This document shows, in pieces, positions 50,497 through 58,913 of a stretch of DNA of 64,000 nt (its first letter is position 1; the number at the start of each line of letters is the position of its first letter). The stretch comes from Verrucomicrobiia bacterium (lineage in GTDB: Bacteria > Verrucomicrobiota > Verrucomicrobiia > Limisphaerales > UBA1319), in NCBI GenBank assembly GCA_963664225.1, contig OY760937.1:2176001-2240000 (forward strand). The letters run 5' to 3'. Position numbers and translations under genes: made by a program. Under the pieces are notes generated by a model. That model was given only the letters and a program-made list of their open reading frames with translations. It ran no database searches and was not told the origin of the DNA.

Positions 50497-50940
50497 ATGA
50501 TGATGCCTAAACAGTCGCCATCACCAACTGCCGTAGGGACTTTCCGTTCCTTTGTCGCGGTTCTCCTCTTGGTGCTCACTGGCTGTCAGTTCACTCCCTC
50601 ACCCACCAGCAAGAGCGTCACGGCAAACGATGTTGTTGGAGTATGGTCGTTTACTGAAGACTACGGCAAGACCACCGTGTTCATGACATTCCTGCCTTCC
50701 GGTGAATTTACGCAACGGGTTGTTGCGGTCACCTACACGAATACTCAGGTTGGCAAATGGTCATTGGATGGCCCGCATTTGCAGCTCACCGACTTTTTGG
50801 CGGAGATTGATGGCGGTTGGAAGCCATATTCGATGCACTGGTATTTCATTGATGGTGATCAGAGGTTGGATATTTTTGGGGGTGCATTCCCAGACCCGGA
50901 TGCCTATCAGCACTTGAGGTATTTGAGAGCAGCACCATGA
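50497..50940 (+). CDS. Putative lipoprotein whose 5' end overlaps a half attC-like site
   Basis: VLTGC lipobox, DVVGVWSF...GKWSLDG beta-rich domain. Confidence 0.7.
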   Translation: MMMPKQSPSPTAVGTFRSFVAVLLLVLTGCQFTPSPTSKSVTANDVVGVWSFTEDYGKTTVFMTFLPSGEFTQRVVAVTYTNTQVGKWSLDGPHLQLTDFLAEIDGGWKPYSMHWYFIDGDQRLDIFGGAFPDPDAYQHLRYLRAAP

Positions 50941-50947
50941 AAAAAAC

Positions 50948-51046
50948 GTCTGACCAGCCGACGCAGCTAACCGCCGTTTCCACTTTCCGTTCCCCTATCG
51001 CGGTTCACGCCGCGAGTCGGCGGTGTCTCAGCATGATTCGTTTGAA
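50948..51046 (+). other. attC-like site 5
   Basis: GTCTGAC...CAGCTAACCGCCG...CGCGGTTCACGCCGCGAGTCGGCGGTGTCTCAGC...GTTTGAA. Confidence 0.75.
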
Positions 51047-51055
51047 TTGGAGTAT

Positions 51056-51484
51056 ATGAAAAGAATTGTCCTAATATTTCTGGCCGTGGCAGGCCTGTAT
51101 TCCCTCTACTACATTGGCTTGGGTTTTATGGAGGCTGCAAAACATGGCGGAAGCCCGGCTGCACGTGAGCGCCGCCTTATCGCGATCTCCAAGCAACTGA
51201 ACGTGGGATTGCCCATTAAACACGGCGAGGGAACTGTCATGGTTGCGACCAAGGCCGGACCAGGGCTTCGTTTCACATACGTCTTCAAGCTTGTCAATCT
51301 TAAGAGCACTAATGTTGATACTGCCGCCCTCGCGGCCATGACGAAAAACAAGCTCATGGAAATGTACAAAACGACTCCAGAAGCGGCGAACTTGCGAAAA
51401 TGGGAGGTCGAAGTACGCTGGCAGCTCCTCGACAAGGATGGAAGCGAGATTACGACGGTAGCAGTTGCCGCAAAAGACCTATGA
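51056..51484 (+). CDS. Cassette-like exported or membrane-anchored protein
   Basis: MKRIVLIFLAVAGLY N-terminus; starts 10 nt after site 5. Confidence 0.75.
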   Translation: MKRIVLIFLAVAGLYSLYYIGLGFMEAAKHGGSPAARERRLIAISKQLNVGLPIKHGEGTVMVATKAGPGLRFTYVFKLVNLKSTNVDTAALAAMTKNKLMEMYKTTPEAANLRKWEVEVRWQLLDKDGSEITTVAVAAKDL

Positions 51485-51539
51485 TTGAAAAATAAGAACG
51501 CGCTCATTCGCGGTTCCATCTTCCTTTTTCAGCACGTCC

Positions 51540-51716
51540 TTATCTGCATTTCTCTGCGCCATCTGCGGATTTCCCTGGCTTTTCCCCATCCATTGGATGT
51601 TTGTTTTTTTTTAAAATTCTCAATTGTCCATTGTCAATTATCCATTTTCTCCCTCATCCGTGCCATCCGTGATATCCGTGGTTAACAATCCTGTTCATCC
51701 TGTCTATCCATGTTAA
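51540..51716. repeat. Stack of 7-mer and 9-mer short tandem repeats
   Basis: TTCTCAA-TTGTCCA-TTGTCAA-TTATCCA; ATCCGTGCC-ATCCGTGAT-ATCCGTGGT; ATCCTGTTC-ATCCTGTCT. Confidence 0.75.
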
Positions 51717-51826
51717 TATTTCTTCTTGATCGCGTTTGCGGTTGTCCGCCCGCCCGTTCACAGTTTCCCAACCCAATTTCAATATCAAGTCTTGGAACGC
51801 CGCCATCGCTCCTGTATGCAATACCC

Positions 51827-54800
51827 ATGAATAACACGCGCAGGTTAAGAGGAATCATGAGATCGCGGCAGGCGTTATGGCTCTCCCTCGTTTGGATGGC
51901 CTTTGCAACAGTCGGGAACGTCCCGGGCGCCGTGGCACCGGCGGTCCCGGAAGCCGCACTGCAGCATCAGGCCTTCGGCAAGTCCGACACCGCCGCATTT
52001 CGCAAACCGGCGCAGGTTTACCATCCCGAAACCTGGTTCCACTTCATCGGCGGCAACGTGGCCAAGCCGGGCATCACGGCGGACCTCGAGGCGATCTCGG
52101 GCGCGGGCATCTCGGGCGTGCAATTCTTTCACGGCCAGTTCGGCGGAGCCTGGCCGGGCGTCGAACCCCAGATCCAGTGCCTGACCGAATCCTGGGACGG
52201 CGCGGTGCGTCATGCGGCCACCGAGAGCCAGCGGCTGGGATTGCGATTCACCATGCAGAATTGTCCGGGCTGGGCCATGGCCGGCGGACCGTGGATCACG
52301 CCGGACAAGGCGATGCGGCATCTGGTGTGGAGCCGCACGGACGTATCCGGTGGCAGCAATCTGTCCCTGTCGTTGCCCCAGCCTCAGCCCAGCCAGGAGG
52401 AGTGGCGCGATTACCGCGACGTCGCCGTGGTGGCCTTTCCAACACCGGACGGCGATTCGGGCAAGGCGCTGACGCCCGTGTCGATTAAGAGCAACCGCGA
52501 AAACCTGCCGTGGGCAAAATGCCTGAGCGGCGAAAAGAACGGCAACGACGGTCAGATCGTTCTGCAACCCGCGAGCGAACCAGACTGGGTCGAAGCCACT
52601 TTCGAGGAACCGGTCACACTTCGCACGGTGGAATTCCCCTCGGTCCAATCCTTCAACCATCAATGGAACTACGTGCCCGGCGTGACCATCACGGTCCAGG
52701 CCGTTCTGCCGGATGGCCTGCGCGAAGTGGCGAAGCACGAAATGCCCGAGAGCAACTGGCAGGGCAATAAACCCATCTCGCTGGCCTGTTCGGAAATTCC
52801 CGCGAAAACCTACCGCATCACCATCGACCACAAACACACGATGAACCTCTCCAGCCTCCAGCTTTTCACGGCGGCGCGGAAGAACAACTGGGAGGCGGAG
52901 GCGGCGTGGGTGTTGGGCGGTCTGGATCGCGCGCCCGAAGCCCGGCAAGCCAAGACGACGTGGATCGATCCCGCGCGCATCGTCAATCTCACGGATCGCA
53001 TGGATGCGAAGGGCCAGCTCAACTGGCAGGCGCCAGTCACACCATCTGGCCAATGGACAATCCTGCGCTGGGGCCATGTGAACAGCGGCCGGCGCAACGG
53101 ACCCGCCCCGGCCGAAGCCACGGGCTGGGAGTGCGACAAGCTTTCGCCGCTCGGCGCCGACGCCCATTTTGCCGGATACATCGGCCGTCTCTCGGCCAAA
53201 AACGGGCCGGTGGGTGACGGCCTTTTGAAGGGCATGCTCTGCGACAGTTGGGAGTGCGAGACACAAACATGGACCCCGGGCATGGATGGCCAGTTCCTGC
53301 GGCTGCGCGGCTATCCGCTGCTGCCCTGGATTCCCGCCCTCGCAGGCTATGTGATTGGCGATCCTGAAACCACGGGCCGCTACCTGCGCGACTGGCGTTC
53401 AACGGTCAACGACCTGGTCGTGACCAATTTCTTTGGCCGCATGGCCACTCTCGCTCACGAGCGCGGTCTGGCGGTCTCCTACGAAACGGCCTCGGGCGAT
53501 GTCTTTCCCGGTGACATCCTGGAATACTACAAAAACGCCGATGTGCCGATGTGCGAATTCTGGCAGCCAAGGATGGATGCGTTCGTCGGCAGCTTTGATT
53601 TCAAGCCGGTCAAACCCTGCGTCTCGGCCGCCCGGATGTATGGCAAGCCGCGCGTCGCTGCCGAGGCGTTCACGTCGTTTAATCTGACCTGGAAGGAGCA
53701 CCCGGGCATGCTGAAAAACATTGCGGACATGCATCTGGCCGAAGGCGTGACGCATCTCGTGTTTCACACCTACACGCACAATCCGCGAACCGACTTTCTG
53801 CCGCCGGGCACCGCGTTCGGCTCGGGCATTGGCACGCCCTTCCTGCGCGGGCAGACTTGGTGGGGCCACATGCCGGAATTCACGGAGTATCTGGCCCGTT
53901 GCAGTTACCTGCTGGAACGCGGCCGCCCGGTTTCCGACGTGCTCTGGTATCTCGGCGACGAACAGGATCACAAACCGCCGCAAAATGCGCCCTTTCCCGC
54001 AGGCTACCGTTACGACTATTGCAACCCGGATGCCCTCCTGAACCGGCTCTCGGTGCGCAACGGTAAAATCGTCACCCCGGAAGGCCTGCAATACCGCGTG
54101 CTCTGGCTGCGCGATTGCCCGCGCATGCTGCCTGAGACGCTTGAGAAAATGGTGACGCTCGTGAAAAACGGCGCGGTGATCGTCGGCGAACGTCCCCAAG
54201 GTCTCGCAACCCTGAGCGGCGGCGCAAGCGCGGAGCAACGTTTTCAGGGTGCCGTTGAAACACTGTGGGGCAGGACCACGGCCAAAACCAATGCCAATGC
54301 TGCTATCCGCGTTGTCGGTAAGGGCAAAGTCATTTCCGGCACCTCGTTGGCCGATGTCCTAACCAGTCTCAAGATTCGTCCTGATGTTCAGGGCGAAGGT
54401 GTGGTCTGGACCCATCGCCAGACCGATGGAGCGGACTGGTATTTTGTGGCCGCCCCGACAGCGGATGGTTTTCGCGGATCGCTCCAGTTCCGGGCCATCG
54501 GCGCAGTCGAGTTATGGAACCCCATCACAGGCGAGACCACCCCTGCGGATGTGCAACGTCGCGAGGGAGGCGCCAGCCTGGTCGTGCTCGATCTGCCCGC
54601 CTCCGGCTCCGTGTTCGTGGTGTTCCGCGCCGGTCACGCCAGCGGCAGGACATTGACCCGGCAAGCTGTCGCCGTGGCTCCCCGCAGCGTCCCGGTGGAG
54701 GGTCCCTGGAAACTCGCCTTTCCCGCCGGTTGGGGCGCGCCCGAATCGGTGAACTTGGATCGCTTGATCTCCTGGACCGACCTCGACCTTTCGCCCGAGG

Positions 54801-55162
54801 CCCGCGCATTCTCGGGAACCGCCACCTACACCACCGAGTTCACTGTGCCACCTCTGGCGGCTGGAACGCAGGTGGAACTCGACCTGGGACGCGTGGAAGC
54901 CCTCGCCAGCGTGGAAATCAATGGAAAACCGGCGGGCAACCTCTGGACACCCCCCTTTCGGGTCAACGTCACCCGTTTGGTCAACCCGGGAGTCAACCGG
55001 TTGAACGTTGCTGTGGTCAACCCATGGTTCAACCGCCTGGCCTATGACGCGGGCCTCGACGAAAAGGCGCGCAAGACCTGGACCATCAACGGTCCCGGCA
55101 AGGACAGCCCCCTGATTCCATCGGGCCTTTTGGGTCCGGTGATACTGCGCCTCGGTCAATAA
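51827..55162 (+). CDS. GH106 (alpha-L-rhamnosidase-like) glycoside hydrolase, secreted
   Basis: PETWFHFIGGNV, GWAMAGGPWITP, DSWE, PMCEFW, AAEAFT, C-terminal LDLGRV...PSGLLGPV. Confidence 0.92.
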   Translation: MNNTRRLRGIMRSRQALWLSLVWMAFATVGNVPGAVAPAVPEAALQHQAFGKSDTAAFRKPAQVYHPETWFHFIGGNVAKPGITADLEAISGAGISGVQFFHGQFGGAWPGVEPQIQCLTESWDGAVRHAATESQRLGLRFTMQNCPGWAMAGGPWITPDKAMRHLVWSRTDVSGGSNLSLSLPQPQPSQEEWRDYRDVAVVAFPTPDGDSGKALTPVSIKSNRENLPWAKCLSGEKNGNDGQIVLQPASEPDWVEATFEEPVTLRTVEFPSVQSFNHQWNYVPGVTITVQAVLPDGLREVAKHEMPESNWQGNKPISLACSEIPAKTYRITIDHKHTMNLSSLQLFTAARKNNWEAEAAWVLGGLDRAPEARQAKTTWIDPARIVNLTDRMDAKGQLNWQAPVTPSGQWTILRWGHVNSGRRNGPAPAEATGWECDKLSPLGADAHFAGYIGRLSAKNGPVGDGLLKGMLCDSWECETQTWTPGMDGQFLRLRGYPLLPWIPALAGYVIGDPETTGRYLRDWRSTVNDLVVTNFFGRMATLAHERGLAVSYETASGDVFPGDILEYYKNADVPMCEFWQPRMDAFVGSFDFKPVKPCVSAARMYGKPRVAAEAFTSFNLTWKEHPGMLKNIADMHLAEGVTHLVFHTYTHNPRTDFLPPGTAFGSGIGTPFLRGQTWWGHMPEFTEYLARCSYLLERGRPVSDVLWYLGDEQDHKPPQNAPFPAGYRYDYCNPDALLNRLSVRNGKIVTPEGLQYRVLWLRDCPRMLPETLEKMVTLVKNGAVIVGERPQGLATLSGGASAEQRFQGAVETLWGRTTAKTNANAAIRVVGKGKVISGTSLADVLTSLKIRPDVQGEGVVWTHRQTDGADWYFVAAPTADGFRGSLQFRAIGAVELWNPITGETTPADVQRREGGASLVVLDLPASGSVFVVFRAGHASGRTLTRQAVAVAPRSVPVEGPWKLAFPAGWGAPESVNLDRLISWTDLDLSPEARAFSGTATYTTEFTVPPLAAGTQVELDLGRVEALASVEINGKPAGNLWTPPFRVNVTRLVNPGVNRLNVAVVNPWFNRLAYDAGLDEKARKTWTINGPGKDSPLIPSGLLGPVILRLGQ

Positions 55163-55252
55163 ACTAAACCGTTCGCATTCTGGCATTTACGTCGCCGCAA
55201 AAGCTCGCTTTACAGCCGCCGCGGCCTCACCTCATAATACGCCACATTAGTG

Positions 55253-55837
55253 ATGAAAATTTCCATCATACTGGGTCACCCCACACCGGGCAGTTTTAAC
55301 CACGCCATCGCCACGAAGGCAACCGAAACGCTTTCCGCAATCGGCCACGAAGTGATTTTTCACGATCTCTACGCCGAAAATTTCGATCCGATCATGCGCA
55401 CCGCGGAAATTCCCAGGGGCGCGCCTGCGCCTGCTGAGATCGAGCGTCACAGCGCTGAAATCGTTGCCGCAGATGGTGTTGTGATCATTCACCCCAACTG
55501 GTGGTGCCAGCCTCCCGCGATTCTCAAGGGCTGGGTGGATCGCGTGCTGAGGCCGGGCCAGGCCTACCGGTTCGAGGCGGGGCGCTCTGTCGGAATGCTC
55601 AAGGCGCGCACGGCTCTCGTGATCACCACCGCGAATAATGCCCAGGAGAACGAGGTGGCAATGTATGGCGACCCGTTGGAGGTATTCTGGAAGAAAGTGG
55701 TGTTCGGCCTCTGCGGGGTGCCCTGCGAACGCCTGATTTTCGCCCCCGTGATTTTGAGCACGCCGGACCAGCGCGCCCAATGGCTTCAACAAACGGGTCA
55801 ACGTCTGAGCGCCGTGTTCGCCCGGTCGAACTCTTAA
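55253..55837 (+). CDS. NAD(P)H-dependent quinone oxidoreductase (flavodoxin_2)
   Basis: GHPTPGSFN, DLYAENFDP, HPNWWCQPPAILKGWVDRV. Confidence 0.92.
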   Translation: MKISIILGHPTPGSFNHAIATKATETLSAIGHEVIFHDLYAENFDPIMRTAEIPRGAPAPAEIERHSAEIVAADGVVIIHPNWWCQPPAILKGWVDRVLRPGQAYRFEAGRSVGMLKARTALVITTANNAQENEVAMYGDPLEVFWKKVVFGLCGVPCERLIFAPVILSTPDQRAQWLQQTGQRLSAVFARSNS

Positions 55838-55878
55838 ATCTCCGTTGCGCGTCAACCCAATCTCGCAAACATTGATTT

Positions 55879-56733
55879 ATGCAATTGTGGGATAGTCACG
55901 CGCATTTGCAGGACCCGGAGCTTGCGCCGCATTTGGAGGCGGCACTGGGCCGCGCCGTGCTTGCCGGTGTGCGTCACATCGTTTGCAACGGCACACAGGA
56001 AACGGACTGGCCAATGGTGGCCAGGCTGGCCCAATGGGCTCCATTGAACCCGTTGGCCGCACCGCATCCCACTGTGATTCCCTGCTACGGGTTGCATCCC
56101 TGGCATGTGGCGGCGCGTTCATCCGGGTGGCTCCAAACCCTCGAGGCCGCGCTCATCGCGGAACCGTCGGGCGTGGGGGAAATTGGGTTGGACCGCTGGA
56201 TTGAGCCCCGCGACGAAGCGGCGCAGGAATGGGTGTTTCGCGAACAACTGGCGCTGGCCGTCCGCTTGAATCGTCCCGTGATGATTCACTGTCTCAGGGC
56301 GTGGGACTGGCTGATGCGTGTGTTGCGCGACTCACCGCCGCCGTCTGCGGGAATGTTGCTGCACGCCTTTGGCGGACCCCTCGATTGCATCAAACCGCTC
56401 GCGGATATGGGCACTTATTTTTCGTTTGCCGGAGATGTTCTCCTCGCGCGCAAGGCGCAAAAGCGCGCCGTCCTGCCACACATTCCCCCGGATCGCCTTC
56501 TGCTGGAAACCGATGCCCCGGACATGATCCCGCCGGATCCTTTCCGAGTGCCCGCGTTGGTTGGTGTCCGCCGTCCGCAACTCAATGAGCCCGCCAATCT
56601 CGCCGGGATTCTGCGTGGTGTATCGGAACTTCTGGGCGAAACCCCGGAGCGTCTGGCCGCCCGCGTGTTCGAGAACAGCCGCCGTTTTTTTAAACCGATC
56701 ATGCCATCTTTGCATAACAAAACCGCCGCATGA
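55879..56733 (+). CDS. TatD-family deoxyribonuclease
   Basis: DSHAH, GLHPW, GEIGLD, IHC, LLLETDAP. Confidence 0.93.
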   Translation: MQLWDSHAHLQDPELAPHLEAALGRAVLAGVRHIVCNGTQETDWPMVARLAQWAPLNPLAAPHPTVIPCYGLHPWHVAARSSGWLQTLEAALIAEPSGVGEIGLDRWIEPRDEAAQEWVFREQLALAVRLNRPVMIHCLRAWDWLMRVLRDSPPPSAGMLLHAFGGPLDCIKPLADMGTYFSFAGDVLLARKAQKRAVLPHIPPDRLLLETDAPDMIPPDPFRVPALVGVRRPQLNEPANLAGILRGVSELLGETPERLAARVFENSRRFFKPIMPSLHNKTAA

Positions 56734-57494
56734 GTCAGGAACGCTTTCAACGAATGGAGCGCCTGCTGGGTGGCGAGGCGCTGGAAAAATTGAGTCAGGC
56801 GCGCGTGGCGGTGATTGGCCTGGGCGCGGTGGGCAGTTACGCGGTCGAGGCCCTGGCCCGCGCGGGCGTGGGTCATTTGCGGTTGGTGGACTACGATGTG
56901 GTCAACATCAGCAACATCAACCGCCAGCTTTACGCGCTGGAATCAACCATCGGAAAGCCCAAGGCGGAATTGGCGGGCACGCGCGTTCGGGATATCAACC
57001 CCGCCTGCCAGGTCGAGTGCCTCTCGTGCTTTGTTCATACCGAAACCATGGATCTGGCCCTCGCCAGACCCTTGGATCTTGTCGTGGATGCCATTGATGC
57101 GCTGTCGCCGAAGGTCGCCCTTCTGGAGGCGGTGCAGGCGCGCGGTCTGCCGGTGGTTTCGAGCATGGGCGCGGCGCGGCGCACCGATCCCCAGGCCATC
57201 CGCACAGGACCGCTCTCTGGCGCGGCGGGTTGTCCGCTGGCCCGCATGGTGCGCAAATGGCTCCGGCGTCGTGGGGCCTCCGTGGAATTCACCTGCGTCT
57301 ATTCGGTGGAACCGGTGCGGCGCAGCGCCCACGAAATTCCACCTGGTGATGCCCCGCCGGATTTCCTGGAGCGCGGACGGCGTCGCCAAACATTGGGCAG
57401 CATGCCCACGCTGACAGGGATTTTTGGCCTGAACCTGGGCCATGCGGCCATCAGCCATATTCTGGGCGGATTCGAAGCCTATAAACCGGACTGA
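56730..57494 (+). CDS. tcdA: tRNA threonylcarbamoyladenosine dehydratase (ThiF family)
   Basis: GLGAVGS, SNINRQ, VVDAID, SSMGAA...DP, CPLAR, CVYSVE. Confidence 0.88.
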   Translation: MSQERFQRMERLLGGEALEKLSQARVAVIGLGAVGSYAVEALARAGVGHLRLVDYDVVNISNINRQLYALESTIGKPKAELAGTRVRDINPACQVECLSCFVHTETMDLALARPLDLVVDAIDALSPKVALLEAVQARGLPVVSSMGAARRTDPQAIRTGPLSGAAGCPLARMVRKWLRRRGASVEFTCVYSVEPVRRSAHEIPPGDAPPDFLERGRRRQTLGSMPTLTGIFGLNLGHAAISHILGGFEAYKPD

Positions 57495-57564
57495 AGCCTT
57501 GCGTCTGTGTTTGCCCGGCCAATTGCGCCTTGCTGGTCCCTCTCTGAAGATGTATTCATCCGGG

Positions 57565-58833
57565 ATGAACTCCATCCGATGGATTTTGACGCTCATCATC
57601 GCAGTTTGGTCCGTGGCCGCGCAGGCGGACGCGCGGGCCATCGCGGCCAGCAAATTCAAGAAACAGTTGGAGGAGCAGGTGTTGCCCTACTGGTACGATA
57701 CCGCGCTGGATAAGACCAACGGTGGTTATCTGCTCTCCGACAACGCGGACAAGACGGCTCCACCCGCCTCCGTGAAGCAGTTGGTTTCACAGGCCCGGAT
57801 GATCTGGGGCTTTTCTCATGCCTGGAACAAGGGTTACCGGGACCCGAAGCGCGATTACCTGGAGGCGGCGCAATCCGGGTACGATTTTCTCATCAAGCAT
57901 TTCCTCGATAAGAAGAATGGCGGCTATTTTTGGGAGACCGATCTTCGCGGAACACCCACCAATGAGCGCAAGATTCTCTACGGCGAGTCGTTCGTGCTTT
58001 ATGCGCTGGTCGAATATCACCGCGCCAGCGGCCAATACACGCCCCTGCGCCAGGCAATGGACCTGTATGAAGTCATCCAAAAAAGGGCGCATGATGCGAA
58101 AAATGGTGGATGGATCGAGCATTTCGAACGGGATTGGAAACCGATCCTGACGGATGATCCGGGAGTCCAGGTCGAGGTGGGCGGCCTCAAGAGCGCCAAT
58201 ACGCATCTGCACCTGATGGAGGCCCTGGCTGAACTTTACCAGACCACAGGGGATGATAATGTGGGCGCATCCTTGAAGGAAGCCCTGCATATCAACACCA
58301 CATACTTCTACCCGTTGGATCCCGGCAAATCCTGTTTCCACAAGCAACAGGACTGGAAGCCTGCCACGGGTGGCCGTAGCGCCGGTCTATCCTACGGGCA
58401 TAACGTCGAATTCGCATGGCTGATGATTCGCGCCCAGCAGGTGATGCGCGAGGAGTTTTCGTGGGAGCATTTCAACGCCCATTTGAACCACGCGCTCAAG
58501 TACGGCTTTGACAACAAACGCGGCGGGCTTTACTCCCGTGGCGCCGATGACAAACCGGCCACGGATCGCGACAAAATCTGGTGGGTGCAGGCCGAAATGC
58601 TCGCCGCGCTCACCGACGCCCTGAAGTACGATTCAAACCGCGCCTATTCCAAGGCCTTGAAGCAGGAGGTGGATTTCATCTTCCAATACCAGGTCGATCC
58701 CAAAACCGGTGTCTGGTACGATACCGTGGCTGAGGACGGGAAACCCAAAAATTCCGCGCTGGCTCATAATTGGAAGGCCAACTACCACGACGTTCGCGGC
58801 ATGATCAAATTCATCGACGCGTTTGGCAAATGA
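57565..58833 (+). CDS. AGE-family epimerase (cellobiose 2-epimerase-like) with signal peptide
   Basis: QARMIWGFS, NTHLHLMEA, SYGHNVE, KIWWVQAE, WKANYH. Confidence 0.9.
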   Translation: MNSIRWILTLIIAVWSVAAQADARAIAASKFKKQLEEQVLPYWYDTALDKTNGGYLLSDNADKTAPPASVKQLVSQARMIWGFSHAWNKGYRDPKRDYLEAAQSGYDFLIKHFLDKKNGGYFWETDLRGTPTNERKILYGESFVLYALVEYHRASGQYTPLRQAMDLYEVIQKRAHDAKNGGWIEHFERDWKPILTDDPGVQVEVGGLKSANTHLHLMEALAELYQTTGDDNVGASLKEALHINTTYFYPLDPGKSCFHKQQDWKPATGGRSAGLSYGHNVEFAWLMIRAQQVMREEFSWEHFNAHLNHALKYGFDNKRGGLYSRGADDKPATDRDKIWWVQAEMLAALTDALKYDSNRAYSKALKQEVDFIFQYQVDPKTGVWYDTVAEDGKPKNSALAHNWKANYHDVRGMIKFIDAFGK

Positions 58834-58913
58834 ACACTAGCGATTCCACGCGCGGCTGATCCTGCGCAGTAGGCAGCCGCGCGTGACAACGAGACTTGAT
58901 CCAGGCCGAACGC

